Of a stretch of 32,684 bases of DNA, positions 25,032-32,684 are shown piece after piece. The DNA lies in contig DASQSQ010000093.1 of assembly GCA_035642315.1 (NCBI GenBank), positions 1 to 32,684 on the forward strand, in the 5' to 3' direction. The DNA is from Mycobacterium sp. Lineage in GTDB: Bacteria; Actinomycetota; Actinomycetes; Mycobacteriales; Mycobacteriaceae. A model generated the notes under the pieces. It made no database searches. It saw only the letters and a program-made list of their open reading frames with translations, and had not been told where the DNA came from. The position numbers were made by a program, and so were the translations under genes. How positions within the stretch are numbered: the first letter of the stretch is position 1; each line of letters opens with the position of its first letter.

Positions 25032-25598
25032 CTAGCTGAAGGTGACGGTCGCCTTTTCGTCGCCCTCTTTCCAGGTGACGGTGCCGTGCTCGAACGTCGA
25101 CTTGTAGGTGCCGTCCGGCTCCTTAACCTCGTCGGCGGTCGGGTAACCCAACTTGCCCTGCGAAGCCTGGTTGTCATTCCACGCGTCGCGGATCTTGCCC
25201 CACACGAAGTAGACCGGGCCGCCATTCCGATAGATCAGAACACCACCATCGAACTGCTGGTAGACACCGCTGTTGTCCAAGGTGTTTTTCTGGTTGTCGT
25301 AGGGTGCGCCCAGATCCTTCTTTTGATCGTCGGTGAGGGTGTCCCACTTCGCCAGGATCGGCCCCTCCACCGTGTACTCCGTGCCGTTTTTCCCGGCGAT
25401 CTGCGTCGAAGTCGGTGCCGCTCCCGCGCTCGTCGACGGTTCCGCGGCAGCCGATGACGTCATTGCGGACGCCGAGGATGACATTGCAGAACTTGAGGCT
25501 TGACTGGAGTTGGTGGATTTGTGGCAACCCACGCCTACCAGCGCGAACACCGCAATTCCGATCGAGAACGCCGCTGTTCTTCTAGTTATCGCGCGCAT
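25032..25598 (-). CDS. LGFP-repeat-containing lipoprotein
   Basis: Signal peptide ending VGVG-C, Ser/Ala linker, repeats GPILAKW...LGAP...YQQFDGG and GKIRDAW...GKLGYPTADE...FEHG; GAGGAAG RBS. Confidence 0.83.
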   Translation of the reverse strand: MRAITRRTAAFSIGIAVFALVGVGCHKSTNSSQASSSAMSSSASAMTSSAAAEPSTSAGAAPTSTQIAGKNGTEYTVEGPILAKWDTLTDDQKKDLGAPYDNQKNTLDNSGVYQQFDGGVLIYRNGGPVYFVWGKIRDAWNDNQASQGKLGYPTADEVKEPDGTYKSTFEHGTVTWKEGDEKATVTFS

Positions 25599-25807
25599 TT
25601 CTTCCTCTCGAATACCTTTCGAATCGCACGGACTCGCCGCCGTCGACGCGCCCAATTCGACCCTATTCCGATCCGATCTTGTTCGGAACAGAATCGTGGC
25701 GACCCGCGACAGAATTGCAACGCTTTGCTCAACTTTCGGGCGACGGTCAGGCCTGCGCCGCGCAGTGGCCTGCGCAACAGTCGCCACGCGCCGATACCAA
25801 GCTCACA

Positions 25808-26854
25808 GTGGGCCACGCCCAACTACCCGATACCCTCAGTCCCGTGAATTCTCCCGACTGGTGTGATCGACCCGAAACCGCGCACTACGGCCCGGCGTCG
25901 TGGCAGTCCAGCCTGCTCGCCCTGCTGTCGGCGATCTTCGTGCGCCCGGTGCTGGGCGTCCTGACGATCATCGGGTTGATCGTCAACCGTCTGCGCCCTG
26001 AGGCGATGCAACGTGTCCGCCTCGACGTGATCGACAAGCCGCTGCGGATGATTCCGCCGGTGCCAGCTACCGAGATCACCCCGGTCGCGCTGCCGCACTG
26101 CACGGCCGAGTGGGTGGTCGCTCCGGCGGCCGTCGGCTCCCAGCGGGTCATCGTCTACTTCCACGGCTCGGCGCTGGTGACCCTCGGCCTGAACTCGCAC
26201 CGCCGGTTCGTCAGCAAGTTGTCCGCGGCGACCGGGGCGCAGGTGTTCAACGTCGGTTACCGGCTGGCACCCCAAGTCAGCATCGAAGAAGCGGTCTCCG
26301 ATGGGCTGGACGCTTACCGTTACGTGCTGTCCCGCGGGTTTGCCGCGGAAGGCATTGTGCTCGCCGGGGATTCGGCGGGCGGTCTGATGGCCGCCGACAC
26401 CGCGCTCGCGGCCCGCGACGCCGGGCTGCCGGTGCCGGCCGGGCAGGCGCTGCTCTCACCACTGACATCGGCGGATATGAGCTTGAAGTATCGCGCCCTC
26501 AAAGAGCATCGGGATGCGTTGTTTCCGTTCATGACGGTGAAGTTCATCTACGACGTGTTCGCCACCGTGAACGGCACCCGTCCGCCGCCGTTGATGCCGC
26601 CGGAGGCTGATCTGCACGGCCTCGGCCCGTTCCTGCTGCAGGTCGGCACCCACGAAATGCTGCTCAACGACACCTTCGCGCTGGCCCAACGGCTGCGGGC
26701 CGGCAACGTGCCGGTGTGGGTGCAGGTGTGGCACAAAGCCATGCACATGTTTCAGCTCAGCTTCGACGTCAACCCGGACGCGCGCCGCGCCGTCGACGAG
26801 GTCGCCGCGTTCATCAACCACGTGACAACCGCACGTGACGAGGCCAGCGCTTAG
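25808..26854 (+). CDS. Hormone-sensitive-lipase-family alpha/beta hydrolase (esterase); start uncertain
   Basis: YFHGS, YRLAP, GDSAGG and HMFQ motifs. Confidence 0.82.
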   Translation: MGHAQLPDTLSPVNSPDWCDRPETAHYGPASWQSSLLALLSAIFVRPVLGVLTIIGLIVNRLRPEAMQRVRLDVIDKPLRMIPPVPATEITPVALPHCTAEWVVAPAAVGSQRVIVYFHGSALVTLGLNSHRRFVSKLSAATGAQVFNVGYRLAPQVSIEEAVSDGLDAYRYVLSRGFAAEGIVLAGDSAGGLMAADTALAARDAGLPVPAGQALLSPLTSADMSLKYRALKEHRDALFPFMTVKFIYDVFATVNGTRPPPLMPPEADLHGLGPFLLQVGTHEMLLNDTFALAQRLRAGNVPVWVQVWHKAMHMFQLSFDVNPDARRAVDEVAAFINHVTTARDEASA

Positions 26855-26864
26855 CACCCGTCGG

Positions 26865-28445
26865 TCAGTGCGCGAAGTGCCGTGCGCCGGTCAGGTACAG
26901 CGTCACGCCGGCCTTTTCGGCCGCCGCGGTCACCTCGTCGTCGCGCACCGAACCGCCCGGATGCACGATCGCCGTCACACCACCTGCGGCCAGCGTCTCG
27001 AGGCCGTCGGGGAACGGGAAGAACGCATCGGAAGCCGCGACCGCGCCGCGGACCCTATCGCCGCCACGTTCCACTGCCAACCGCGCCGCATCGACCCGGT
27101 TGACCTGGCCCATGCCGATGCCGATGGTGGCGCCGCCGGCGGCGATGACGATCGCGTTGGATTTGACCGCGCGACATGTTCGCCAGGCGAAAGCCAGATC
27201 CGCCAGCGTGGCCGGGTCGGCGGGGTCACCGGTCGCCAGCGTCCAGTTGAGCGGGTCGTCGCCCGGTGCATCGATCTGGTCGCGCTGCTGCATCAGTAGG
27301 CCGCCGCTGATCTGTCGCCGCTCGGTGTCGTCACCGAGCGGCTCGGACGCCAGCAACACGCGGACGTTCTTCTTGCGCGCCAACACATCGACCGCGCCCG
27401 GCGCGTAGGCGGGCGCCACGATCACCTCGGTGAAAATCGTGCTGACGTACTCGGCCATCTCGACGCTGACCTCGGTGTTGGCCGCGATCACTCCGCCGAA
27501 TGCGCTGAGCGGATCGCACTCATGGGCCTTGCGATGCGCGTCGGCGACCGACGAAGACGAGATCGCGATCCCACATGGGTTGGCGTGCTTGATGATTGCC
27601 ACACAGGTCTGCTCGTGGTCGAACGCCGCCCGCCAAGCCGCGTCGGCGTCGGTGAAGTTGTTGTACGACATCTCTTTTCCGTGCAGCTGCTCGGCCTGCG
27701 CCAGGCCCGGCCACGCGCCGTCATCGACGTAGAGCGCCGCCTGCTGATGCGGGTTCTCGCCGTAGCGCAGTTGGGCCGACCGTCGCCACGTCCCGCCGAC
27801 CCACTCCGGGAAAGCCATCGCCGGCTCCTCGGGTGCCAGCGTCGAGCCCATCCAGCCGGCGACCGCGACGTCGTACTCGGCGGTATGCCGAAATGCCAAC
27901 GACGCCAGCCTTTTCCGCTCCGCGAGTGTGAATCCGCCGTTGTGCACCGCGGCCAGCACACCGTCATAGCCGCGCGGGTCCACCACCACCGCAACGCTCG
28001 GATGGTTCTTGGCGGCGGCGCGCACCATCGACGGCCCACCGATGTCGATCTGCTCGACGCATTCGTCGACACCCGCGCCGGAGTCCACCGTCTCGCTGAA
28101 CGGGTACAGGTTGACCACCACCAACTCGAACGCCGCGATCCCGAGCTTTTCCAGCGCCGCGGCATGCTCCGGCTTGCGCAGATCGGCCAGCAGGCCGGCG
28201 TGCACGTGCGGATGCAAGGTCTTGACCCGGCCGTCGAGCACCTCGGGAAAACCGGTGACCTGCTCCACCGGAGTTACCGGAATGCCCTTGTCGGCAATGT
28301 TTTTCGCGGTCGATCCGGTCGAGACAATGTCGACACCGGCCGCATGCAGCCCACTCGCGAGCTCGGCCAGCCCGGTCTTGTCGTACACGCTGATCAGCGC
28401 GCGCCGGATCGGCCGTTTCCCGTCGACACCGTTTTCTGGGCTCAT
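26865..28445 (-). CDS. purH: Bifunctional AICAR transformylase/IMP cyclohydrolase
   Basis: [36 protein letters not shown] and [10 protein letters not shown] motifs. Confidence 0.97.
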   Translation of the reverse strand: MSPENGVDGKRPIRRALISVYDKTGLAELASGLHAAGVDIVSTGSTAKNIADKGIPVTPVEQVTGFPEVLDGRVKTLHPHVHAGLLADLRKPEHAAALEKLGIAAFELVVVNLYPFSETVDSGAGVDECVEQIDIGGPSMVRAAAKNHPSVAVVVDPRGYDGVLAAVHNGGFTLAERKRLASLAFRHTAEYDVAVAGWMGSTLAPEEPAMAFPEWVGGTWRRSAQLRYGENPHQQAALYVDDGAWPGLAQAEQLHGKEMSYNNFTDADAAWRAAFDHEQTCVAIIKHANPCGIAISSSSVADAHRKAHECDPLSAFGGVIAANTEVSVEMAEYVSTIFTEVIVAPAYAPGAVDVLARKKNVRVLLASEPLGDDTERRQISGGLLMQQRDQIDAPGDDPLNWTLATGDPADPATLADLAFAWRTCRAVKSNAIVIAAGGATIGIGMGQVNRVDAARLAVERGGDRVRGAVAASDAFFPFPDGLETLAAGGVTAIVHPGGSVRDDEVTAAAEKAGVTLYLTGARHFAH

Positions 28446-29071
28446 CCGATAGTCGCCTTTCGTCCGTTCCAGGTCACGCCGCCGGTCGCCACCGCGGCCA
28501 CCACATCCACCAACAGCCGCCGTTCGGTGACCTTGATGCGCTCGTGCAGGGTCTGTTCGTCGTCATCGTCGAGCACCGGGATGGGCTGCTGGGCCAGTAT
28601 CGGGCCGGTGTCAGTGCCCGCATCGACCAGGTGCACCGTGCAGCCGGTGACCTTCACGCCGTAGGCCAGGGCCTCGGCCACCCCGTGCGCGCCGGGAAAC
28701 GCCGGCAGCAGCGTCGGGTGGGTGTTGAAGGTGCGCCCGCAGAATTGTGTAAGGAACTGCGGCCCAAGAATTTTCATGAAGCCTGCGGAGACGATGAGGT
28801 CCGGCGTATGCGCCGCGACCGCCGCGGTGAGCGCGGCGTCCCAGGCAGCGCGATCGGGGTGATCGGCCAGTCGCACTGTGAAGGTCGGCAGCGACGCCTC
28901 GGTAGCGATTTCGACGGCCCGGCAGTCGCGGTCCACTCCGACCGCGACTACCCGGGCCGGATAGTCACCGGTCGCGGCATCCAGCAACGACGCCAGCAGC
29001 GAACCGGTACCCGACGCCAAGACCACCAATCGTGCCGGTGCGCTGGGAGGCACGCGGAACGGTTGCTGCAC
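28442..29071 (-). CDS. purN: Phosphoribosylglycinamide formyltransferase
   Basis: [28 protein letters not shown] and [16 protein letters not shown] motifs. Confidence 0.96.
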   Translation of the reverse strand: MQQPFRVPPSAPARLVVLASGTGSLLASLLDAATGDYPARVVAVGVDRDCRAVEIATEASLPTFTVRLADHPDRAAWDAALTAAVAAHTPDLIVSAGFMKILGPQFLTQFCGRTFNTHPTLLPAFPGAHGVAEALAYGVKVTGCTVHLVDAGTDTGPILAQQPIPVLDDDDEQTLHERIKVTERRLLVDVVAAVATGGVTWNGRKATIG

Positions 29072-29080
29072 AGGCCGAGC

Positions 29081-30355
29081 CTAATCCGCCTCGTCCGGCG
29101 GCTGATCGGCGGCGTCGACCACGCCGGGGTCCTCGTCCTCGGGTTCAGCGATCGGCCGTTCAACAGCGGGCTCTGCGACGGGCGGCGCCGCGCGGACCGG
29201 TTTCGGCTTGCGCGGCGGGTATCTGACGCCGCCGGCCATCGCCACGGTGATGGCGCCGACGACGGTGAACCAGAGAAACACGGCGAACCCGAAGGTGCCC
29301 TGGTCGGTGCCGACGTGGCCGAAGTTGCCTAACTGCCCGCCTGAGGCGTAACCCAGCAGCGCCATCGTCAGCGCCGCCATCAATGCCGCCGCCACCACCT
29401 TGGCCATCGCCGGAAGGATCGGCAGCGGCCGGCGCGCACACTGCTGCCCGACAGCTACCCCCGCCGATGCGCCGACGATCAGCAGCGCAACCCACGCCGG
29501 CCCCAACGGCGGATGGGGAGCCGCGGCCAGCACCGGCAGCGCGGGAAGGTCGCCACCGAACACGGTGAACGAGCTGAACGTCGCGAAACCCAGGTGGGCG
29601 CTGGATCCGACCGCAATCGCGGCGGTGCCGACGATGACATTGGGCACATAAAGCATCGACAGCACGGTCAGGCTGAACTGGCCGAAAACTGAATTGGTGA
29701 TCGCGTACAGGTCCTGCATCGTCCCCCAATGCACGACCAGCGAGGCCGCCGTGACCATGCCGGACAGCCCGAGCAGCGCCAGCACGCCGGCCATCGCCGC
29801 CCGGAGCGAGTCGGCCAGCCAGTCCGGCAGTGGCGACGTCCCGAGAACCCGGCGACCGACCCGGGAGCCCACACCGATCGACGCACCGATTCCATGGACT
29901 ACCAGCACGTTCAGGAACGCACGCAACGCGCTCGGCGTCTGTAGCTCGGTGATCACCGATGCCGCATCGTGGATGACCGCCAGCGAGATGGCGGCGATCA
30001 GCAGCGGTCCGCCCAGCGCCGACGCCACGATCCAGCGGATGACGAACCAGGACGCCTTCGCGGGGGTGGCCTGTGCGGTCGTGCGAGCGGTGCCCCACAC
30101 CATCAGCAGCACCGGCAGCAGCGGCATCACGCCGAGCTCGCGACCGCCGATCGAGATCGGCACCTGATGTACGCCGAGCCACATGCTGGCGATCGCACCC
30201 AGCGCGCCGGTCATGTCGCTGTTGGCGATCAGCAGCTGCAGCAGCGTCACCGCCGCTATCACAACCAGCGCGACCAGCGCGGGGCCGAAGGCGACGCGCA
30301 GTAGGTCGCGGGCCTGACGGGCGCCCGCCGCTGGACTGTCCTGCACCCGCGTCAC
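29081..30355 (-). CDS. perM: Polytopic membrane cell-division protein PerM (Rv0955 homolog)
   Basis: About 10 hydrophobic segments; position directly upstream of purN. Confidence 0.85.
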   Translation of the reverse strand: MTRVQDSPAAGARQARDLLRVAFGPALVALVVIAAVTLLQLLIANSDMTGALGAIASMWLGVHQVPISIGGRELGVMPLLPVLLMVWGTARTTAQATPAKASWFVIRWIVASALGGPLLIAAISLAVIHDAASVITELQTPSALRAFLNVLVVHGIGASIGVGSRVGRRVLGTSPLPDWLADSLRAAMAGVLALLGLSGMVTAASLVVHWGTMQDLYAITNSVFGQFSLTVLSMLYVPNVIVGTAAIAVGSSAHLGFATFSSFTVFGGDLPALPVLAAAPHPPLGPAWVALLIVGASAGVAVGQQCARRPLPILPAMAKVVAAALMAALTMALLGYASGGQLGNFGHVGTDQGTFGFAVFLWFTVVGAITVAMAGGVRYPPRKPKPVRAAPPVAEPAVERPIAEPEDEDPGVVDAADQPPDEAD

Positions 30356-30386
30356 GGTTCGAGGACGTTACCCCGGGGCCCGTCTC

Positions 30387-30476
30387 GGTGGCGACCCGCC
30401 GCGCCCGGCTTCGCCGCGCTAGCTGTCGCCGCGGGCGCGACTAGGTGGCGACACGCGGCGCCCGGCTTCGCCGCGC
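30387..30476. repeat. Two-copy intergenic direct repeat (33-bp core, 57-bp period), VNTR/MIRU-like
   Basis: GGTGGCGACCCGCCGCGCCCGGCTTCGCCGCGC (30387-30419) versus GGTGGCGACACGCGGCGCCCGGCTTCGCCGCGC (30444-30476), 31/33 identical. Confidence 0.8.
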
Positions 30477-30490
30477 GCGAGTGCGCACGG

Positions 30491-31348
30491 TCAGGACTGT
30501 GACGGGTCCGACGGCGATGACGGTGCATGCGGCTGCTGGCCCTGGCCATACGCGTGATGGCCCTGACCGGAAGCGGTGTGATTCCCGCCGTCACCCTGAC
30601 CCGAGCCGCCGGAGCCGGAGGACGGCGGCGGGCTGAAGCTGGGGAAACCCGTTGGCGGGGTGGGCGATCCCTGCTGGTGCGCCTGCGGCGAGCCCTGCTG
30701 CGGTCCGGACTGCGGGCCGACCGAGCTGAAGCCGCCGGTCGACGGCCCGGACGGGTAGCCGCCGTACTGAGAGCCGTATCCGGATTGCTGAGGCGACTGG
30801 TAGGGAGACTGCTGACCGTAGTAGCCGCCGTACTGCCCGTAGTGCCCGTACTGGTCATATTTGGGTCGGGGTGCCGGTGCGGTGATGACGCCCGCATCGA
30901 GCAGGAGGGCGGTGACCGCAAGGATCGCCTGGACTACCCCGCAGCCCAGCGCGAACCACAGCGCCCAGCCCCGGCCGGATGCGCCGATGGTGTCTTCGAT
31001 CAGCAGCAGCCCACCCAGCACGGCGACCGCCGCCACCACTGCGGCGAAGTTCTTGGCCCTGGGCACCAAACTCACGCCGGCCAGCAGCGCCGCCAGCAAT
31101 CCGAGGTCGATCGGCAAGGTGCTGCCACTTTCGACGAGTTCGTCGCCGTTCGGCAGAACCCGGGTGATCATCGGGCCGTAGCTCAGCAGATAGGCCGCTA
31201 AGCCGAGAGCCACCACTCCGATAGTCAAGTAGACCTTCAGATTGCTCTCGCCGTCATCGGATTTCGTGAACGAGGGTGCGGAGGAGGCCCCGTAGCTGCC
31301 CGGCGACTGCGCGGGCGGATATCCGGGACTGCCGGGTGGGTAGGTCAT
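30491..31348 (-). CDS. DUF5336 membrane protein with Pro/Gln/Gly-rich tail (Rv0954 / 34-kDa antigen homolog)
   Basis: [11 protein letters not shown] start with AGGAG RBS, four TM segments, [27 protein letters not shown]. Confidence 0.87.
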   Translation of the reverse strand: MTYPPGSPGYPPAQSPGSYGASSAPSFTKSDDGESNLKVYLTIGVVALGLAAYLLSYGPMITRVLPNGDELVESGSTLPIDLGLLAALLAGVSLVPRAKNFAAVVAAVAVLGGLLLIEDTIGASGRGWALWFALGCGVVQAILAVTALLLDAGVITAPAPRPKYDQYGHYGQYGGYYGQQSPYQSPQQSGYGSQYGGYPSGPSTGGFSSVGPQSGPQQGSPQAHQQGSPTPPTGFPSFSPPPSSGSGGSGQGDGGNHTASGQGHHAYGQGQQPHAPSSPSDPSQS

Positions 31349-31531
31349 GGCTTCTCCTGTGCCTTCCAGTGCTGTTTGCGGCGCCGCTGTCGTGCGGCGC
31401 TGGTACTCCCAGGCGGACGCGTGCCAATGACCCACGCTAGCGCACCTTGGGCAGTAGGCGCCGCGGGCATCGACGTGACGGCGACCCGTTTGCGCAACCG
31501 ACGCGGTGACCCCCGCCCTTGCCCGCAAGAT

Positions 31532-31545
31532 TGGAACACGTTCTA
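31532..31545. promoter_or_regulatory. KstR operator
   Basis: TGGAACACGTTCTA is an exact match to TnnAACnnGTTnnA, 9 nt before the Rv0953c homolog start. Confidence 0.85.
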
Positions 31546-31554
31546 ATTCAGGAC

Positions 31555-32403
31555 ATGGATTACGGGCTTGTGCTGTTCACCAGCGATCGCGGTATCACTC
31601 CGGCGGCGGCCGCCACGCTCGCCGACAACCACGGCTTTGAGACTTTCTACGTACCCGAACACACCCACATCCCGATCAAACGTGAGGCCGCCCACCCGAC
31701 GACGGGCGACGAGTCGCTGCCCGACGACCGCTACATGCGGACACTGGACCCCTGGGTCAGCCTGGGCGCGGCGTGCGCGGTCACCTCGCGGGTGCGGCTG
31801 TCCACCGCGGTGGCGCTGCCGGTTGAGCATGATCCGATCACGCTGGCGAAATCTATCGCGACCCTCGACCACCTATCCGGCGGGCGAGTCAGCCTGGGTG
31901 TCGGGTTCGGCTGGAACACCGACGAACTCGCCGACCACGGCGTGCCGCCGGGCCGGCGCCGCACCATGCTTCGTGAATACATCGAGGCGATGCGGGCATT
32001 GTGGACCGAAGAGGAAGCGTCCTACGAAGGCGAATTCGTGAACTTCGGGCCCAGCTGGGCGTGGCCAAAGCCGATTCAGTCACACATCCCGGTGTTGGTC
32101 GGCGCCGCCGGCAACGAGAAGAACTTCAAATGGATCGCGCGCAGCGCAGACGGCTGGATCACCACGCCCCGCGATTTCGACATCGACGCCCCGGTCAAGC
32201 TGCTGCAGGACACCTGGGCGGCTGCCGGTCGGGATGGCGCACCTCAGATCGTGGCGCTGGACTTCAAGCCGGTGCCCGAGAAGCTGGCGCACTGGGCCGA
32301 ATTGGGCGTCACCGAGGTGCTATTCGGATTGCCCGACAAGTCCGCGGACGAGGTCACCGCGTATGTGGAACGATTGGCCGGGAAACTCGCCGCGTTGGTG
32401 TGA
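31555..32403 (+). CDS. LLM-class F420-dependent oxidoreductase (Rv0953c homolog)
   Basis: [39 protein letters not shown] and WPKP motifs. Confidence 0.92.
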   Translation: MDYGLVLFTSDRGITPAAAATLADNHGFETFYVPEHTHIPIKREAAHPTTGDESLPDDRYMRTLDPWVSLGAACAVTSRVRLSTAVALPVEHDPITLAKSIATLDHLSGGRVSLGVGFGWNTDELADHGVPPGRRRTMLREYIEAMRALWTEEEASYEGEFVNFGPSWAWPKPIQSHIPVLVGAAGNEKNFKWIARSADGWITTPRDFDIDAPVKLLQDTWAAAGRDGAPQIVALDFKPVPEKLAHWAELGVTEVLFGLPDKSADEVTAYVERLAGKLAALV

Positions 32404-32418
32404 GTCAGGAGCCGCGTC

Positions 32419-32684
32419 GTGACAGATCAGAACGACCAAGGCCGGCATTTCCGTTTTCGCTACGATCCTCGCCTGACCCCGATGTGGTTGCCGTTTTGGG
32501 TATGGCCCGGCACCCAGGGTGTGACCGTGACCGACGACGGCCGCCTGGTCGCCCGCTACGGGCCATTCCATGTCGACGCACCGCTGTCGCGCGTGCAAGA
32601 CGCGCACATCACCGGCCCGTACCGGTGGTGGACCGCGGTCGGCGCCCGGTTATCAGCTGCCGACGACGGTCTCACGTTCGGCAC
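32419..32684 (+). CDS. Hypothetical protein, truncated by the window end
   Basis: AGGAG RBS then GTG; the frame stays open to the edge: MTDQNDQGRHFRFRYDPRLTPMWLPF...LVARYGPF...ITGPYRWWTAVGARLSAADDGLTFG. Confidence 0.7.
   Translation, partial: MTDQNDQGRHFRFRYDPRLTPMWLPFWVWPGTQGVTVTDDGRLVARYGPFHVDAPLSRVQDAHITGPYRWWTAVGARLSAADDGLTFG

Noticed and set aside
25600-25800. Short imperfect hairpins in the LGFP/esterase intergenic region as a possible ncRNA or riboswitch
   Set aside because: Stems are short and show no recognisable family motif; better explained as a divergent promoter region.
30387-30476. Possible CRISPR mini-array
   Set aside because: Only two imperfect copies, no cas genes, and the sequence resembles mycobacterial VNTR/MIRU repeats.
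1-32684. tRNA, rRNA, IS element, integrase or prophage
   Set aside because: None recognisable; nearly the whole window is accounted for by protein-coding genes.

Overview
GC-rich Mycobacterium chromosomal window, collinear (inverted) with the M. tuberculosis Rv0994 to Rv0953c region. It is probably a non-tuberculous species, because the PE_PGRS genes, the Rv0986-0989 island, the csoR operon and vapBC9 that I recall in this interval in H37Rv are absent. Core order: moeA1 (partial), galU, 5-formyl-THF cyclo-ligase, ruc/Rv0991c-like, SAF-domain gene, MscL-family gene, moaB2, pepD, mprBA, rpmF, an AtuA-fadE13-accD2-accA2-fadE12-echA7 acyl-CoA catabolic operon, DUF1707 gene, VWA/AAA+ pair, purH-purN, perM, Rv0954-like and a KstR-controlled F420 LLM oxidoreductase. 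The most interesting element is an intact, translationally coupled three-gene cassette at 18846-21543: a WXG100-like protein, a WXG-like/alpha-beta hydrolase fusion (GHSYG) and an LprP/LppA-type lipoprotein. This looks like a type VII secretion lipase effector with its secretion partner and immunity protein, though that role is inferred. Other points: an inverted MscL with a Cys-rich zinc-ribbon-like tail, an unannotated 48-aa ORF, an exported DUF1524/HNH nuclease sharing a CIRCE operator with ruc, a MIRU-type coupling mini-ORF, and readable CIRCE, MprA, SigE, KstR and DnaA motifs plus several candidate leaderless starts. All homology calls are by recognition from memory, with no searches run.
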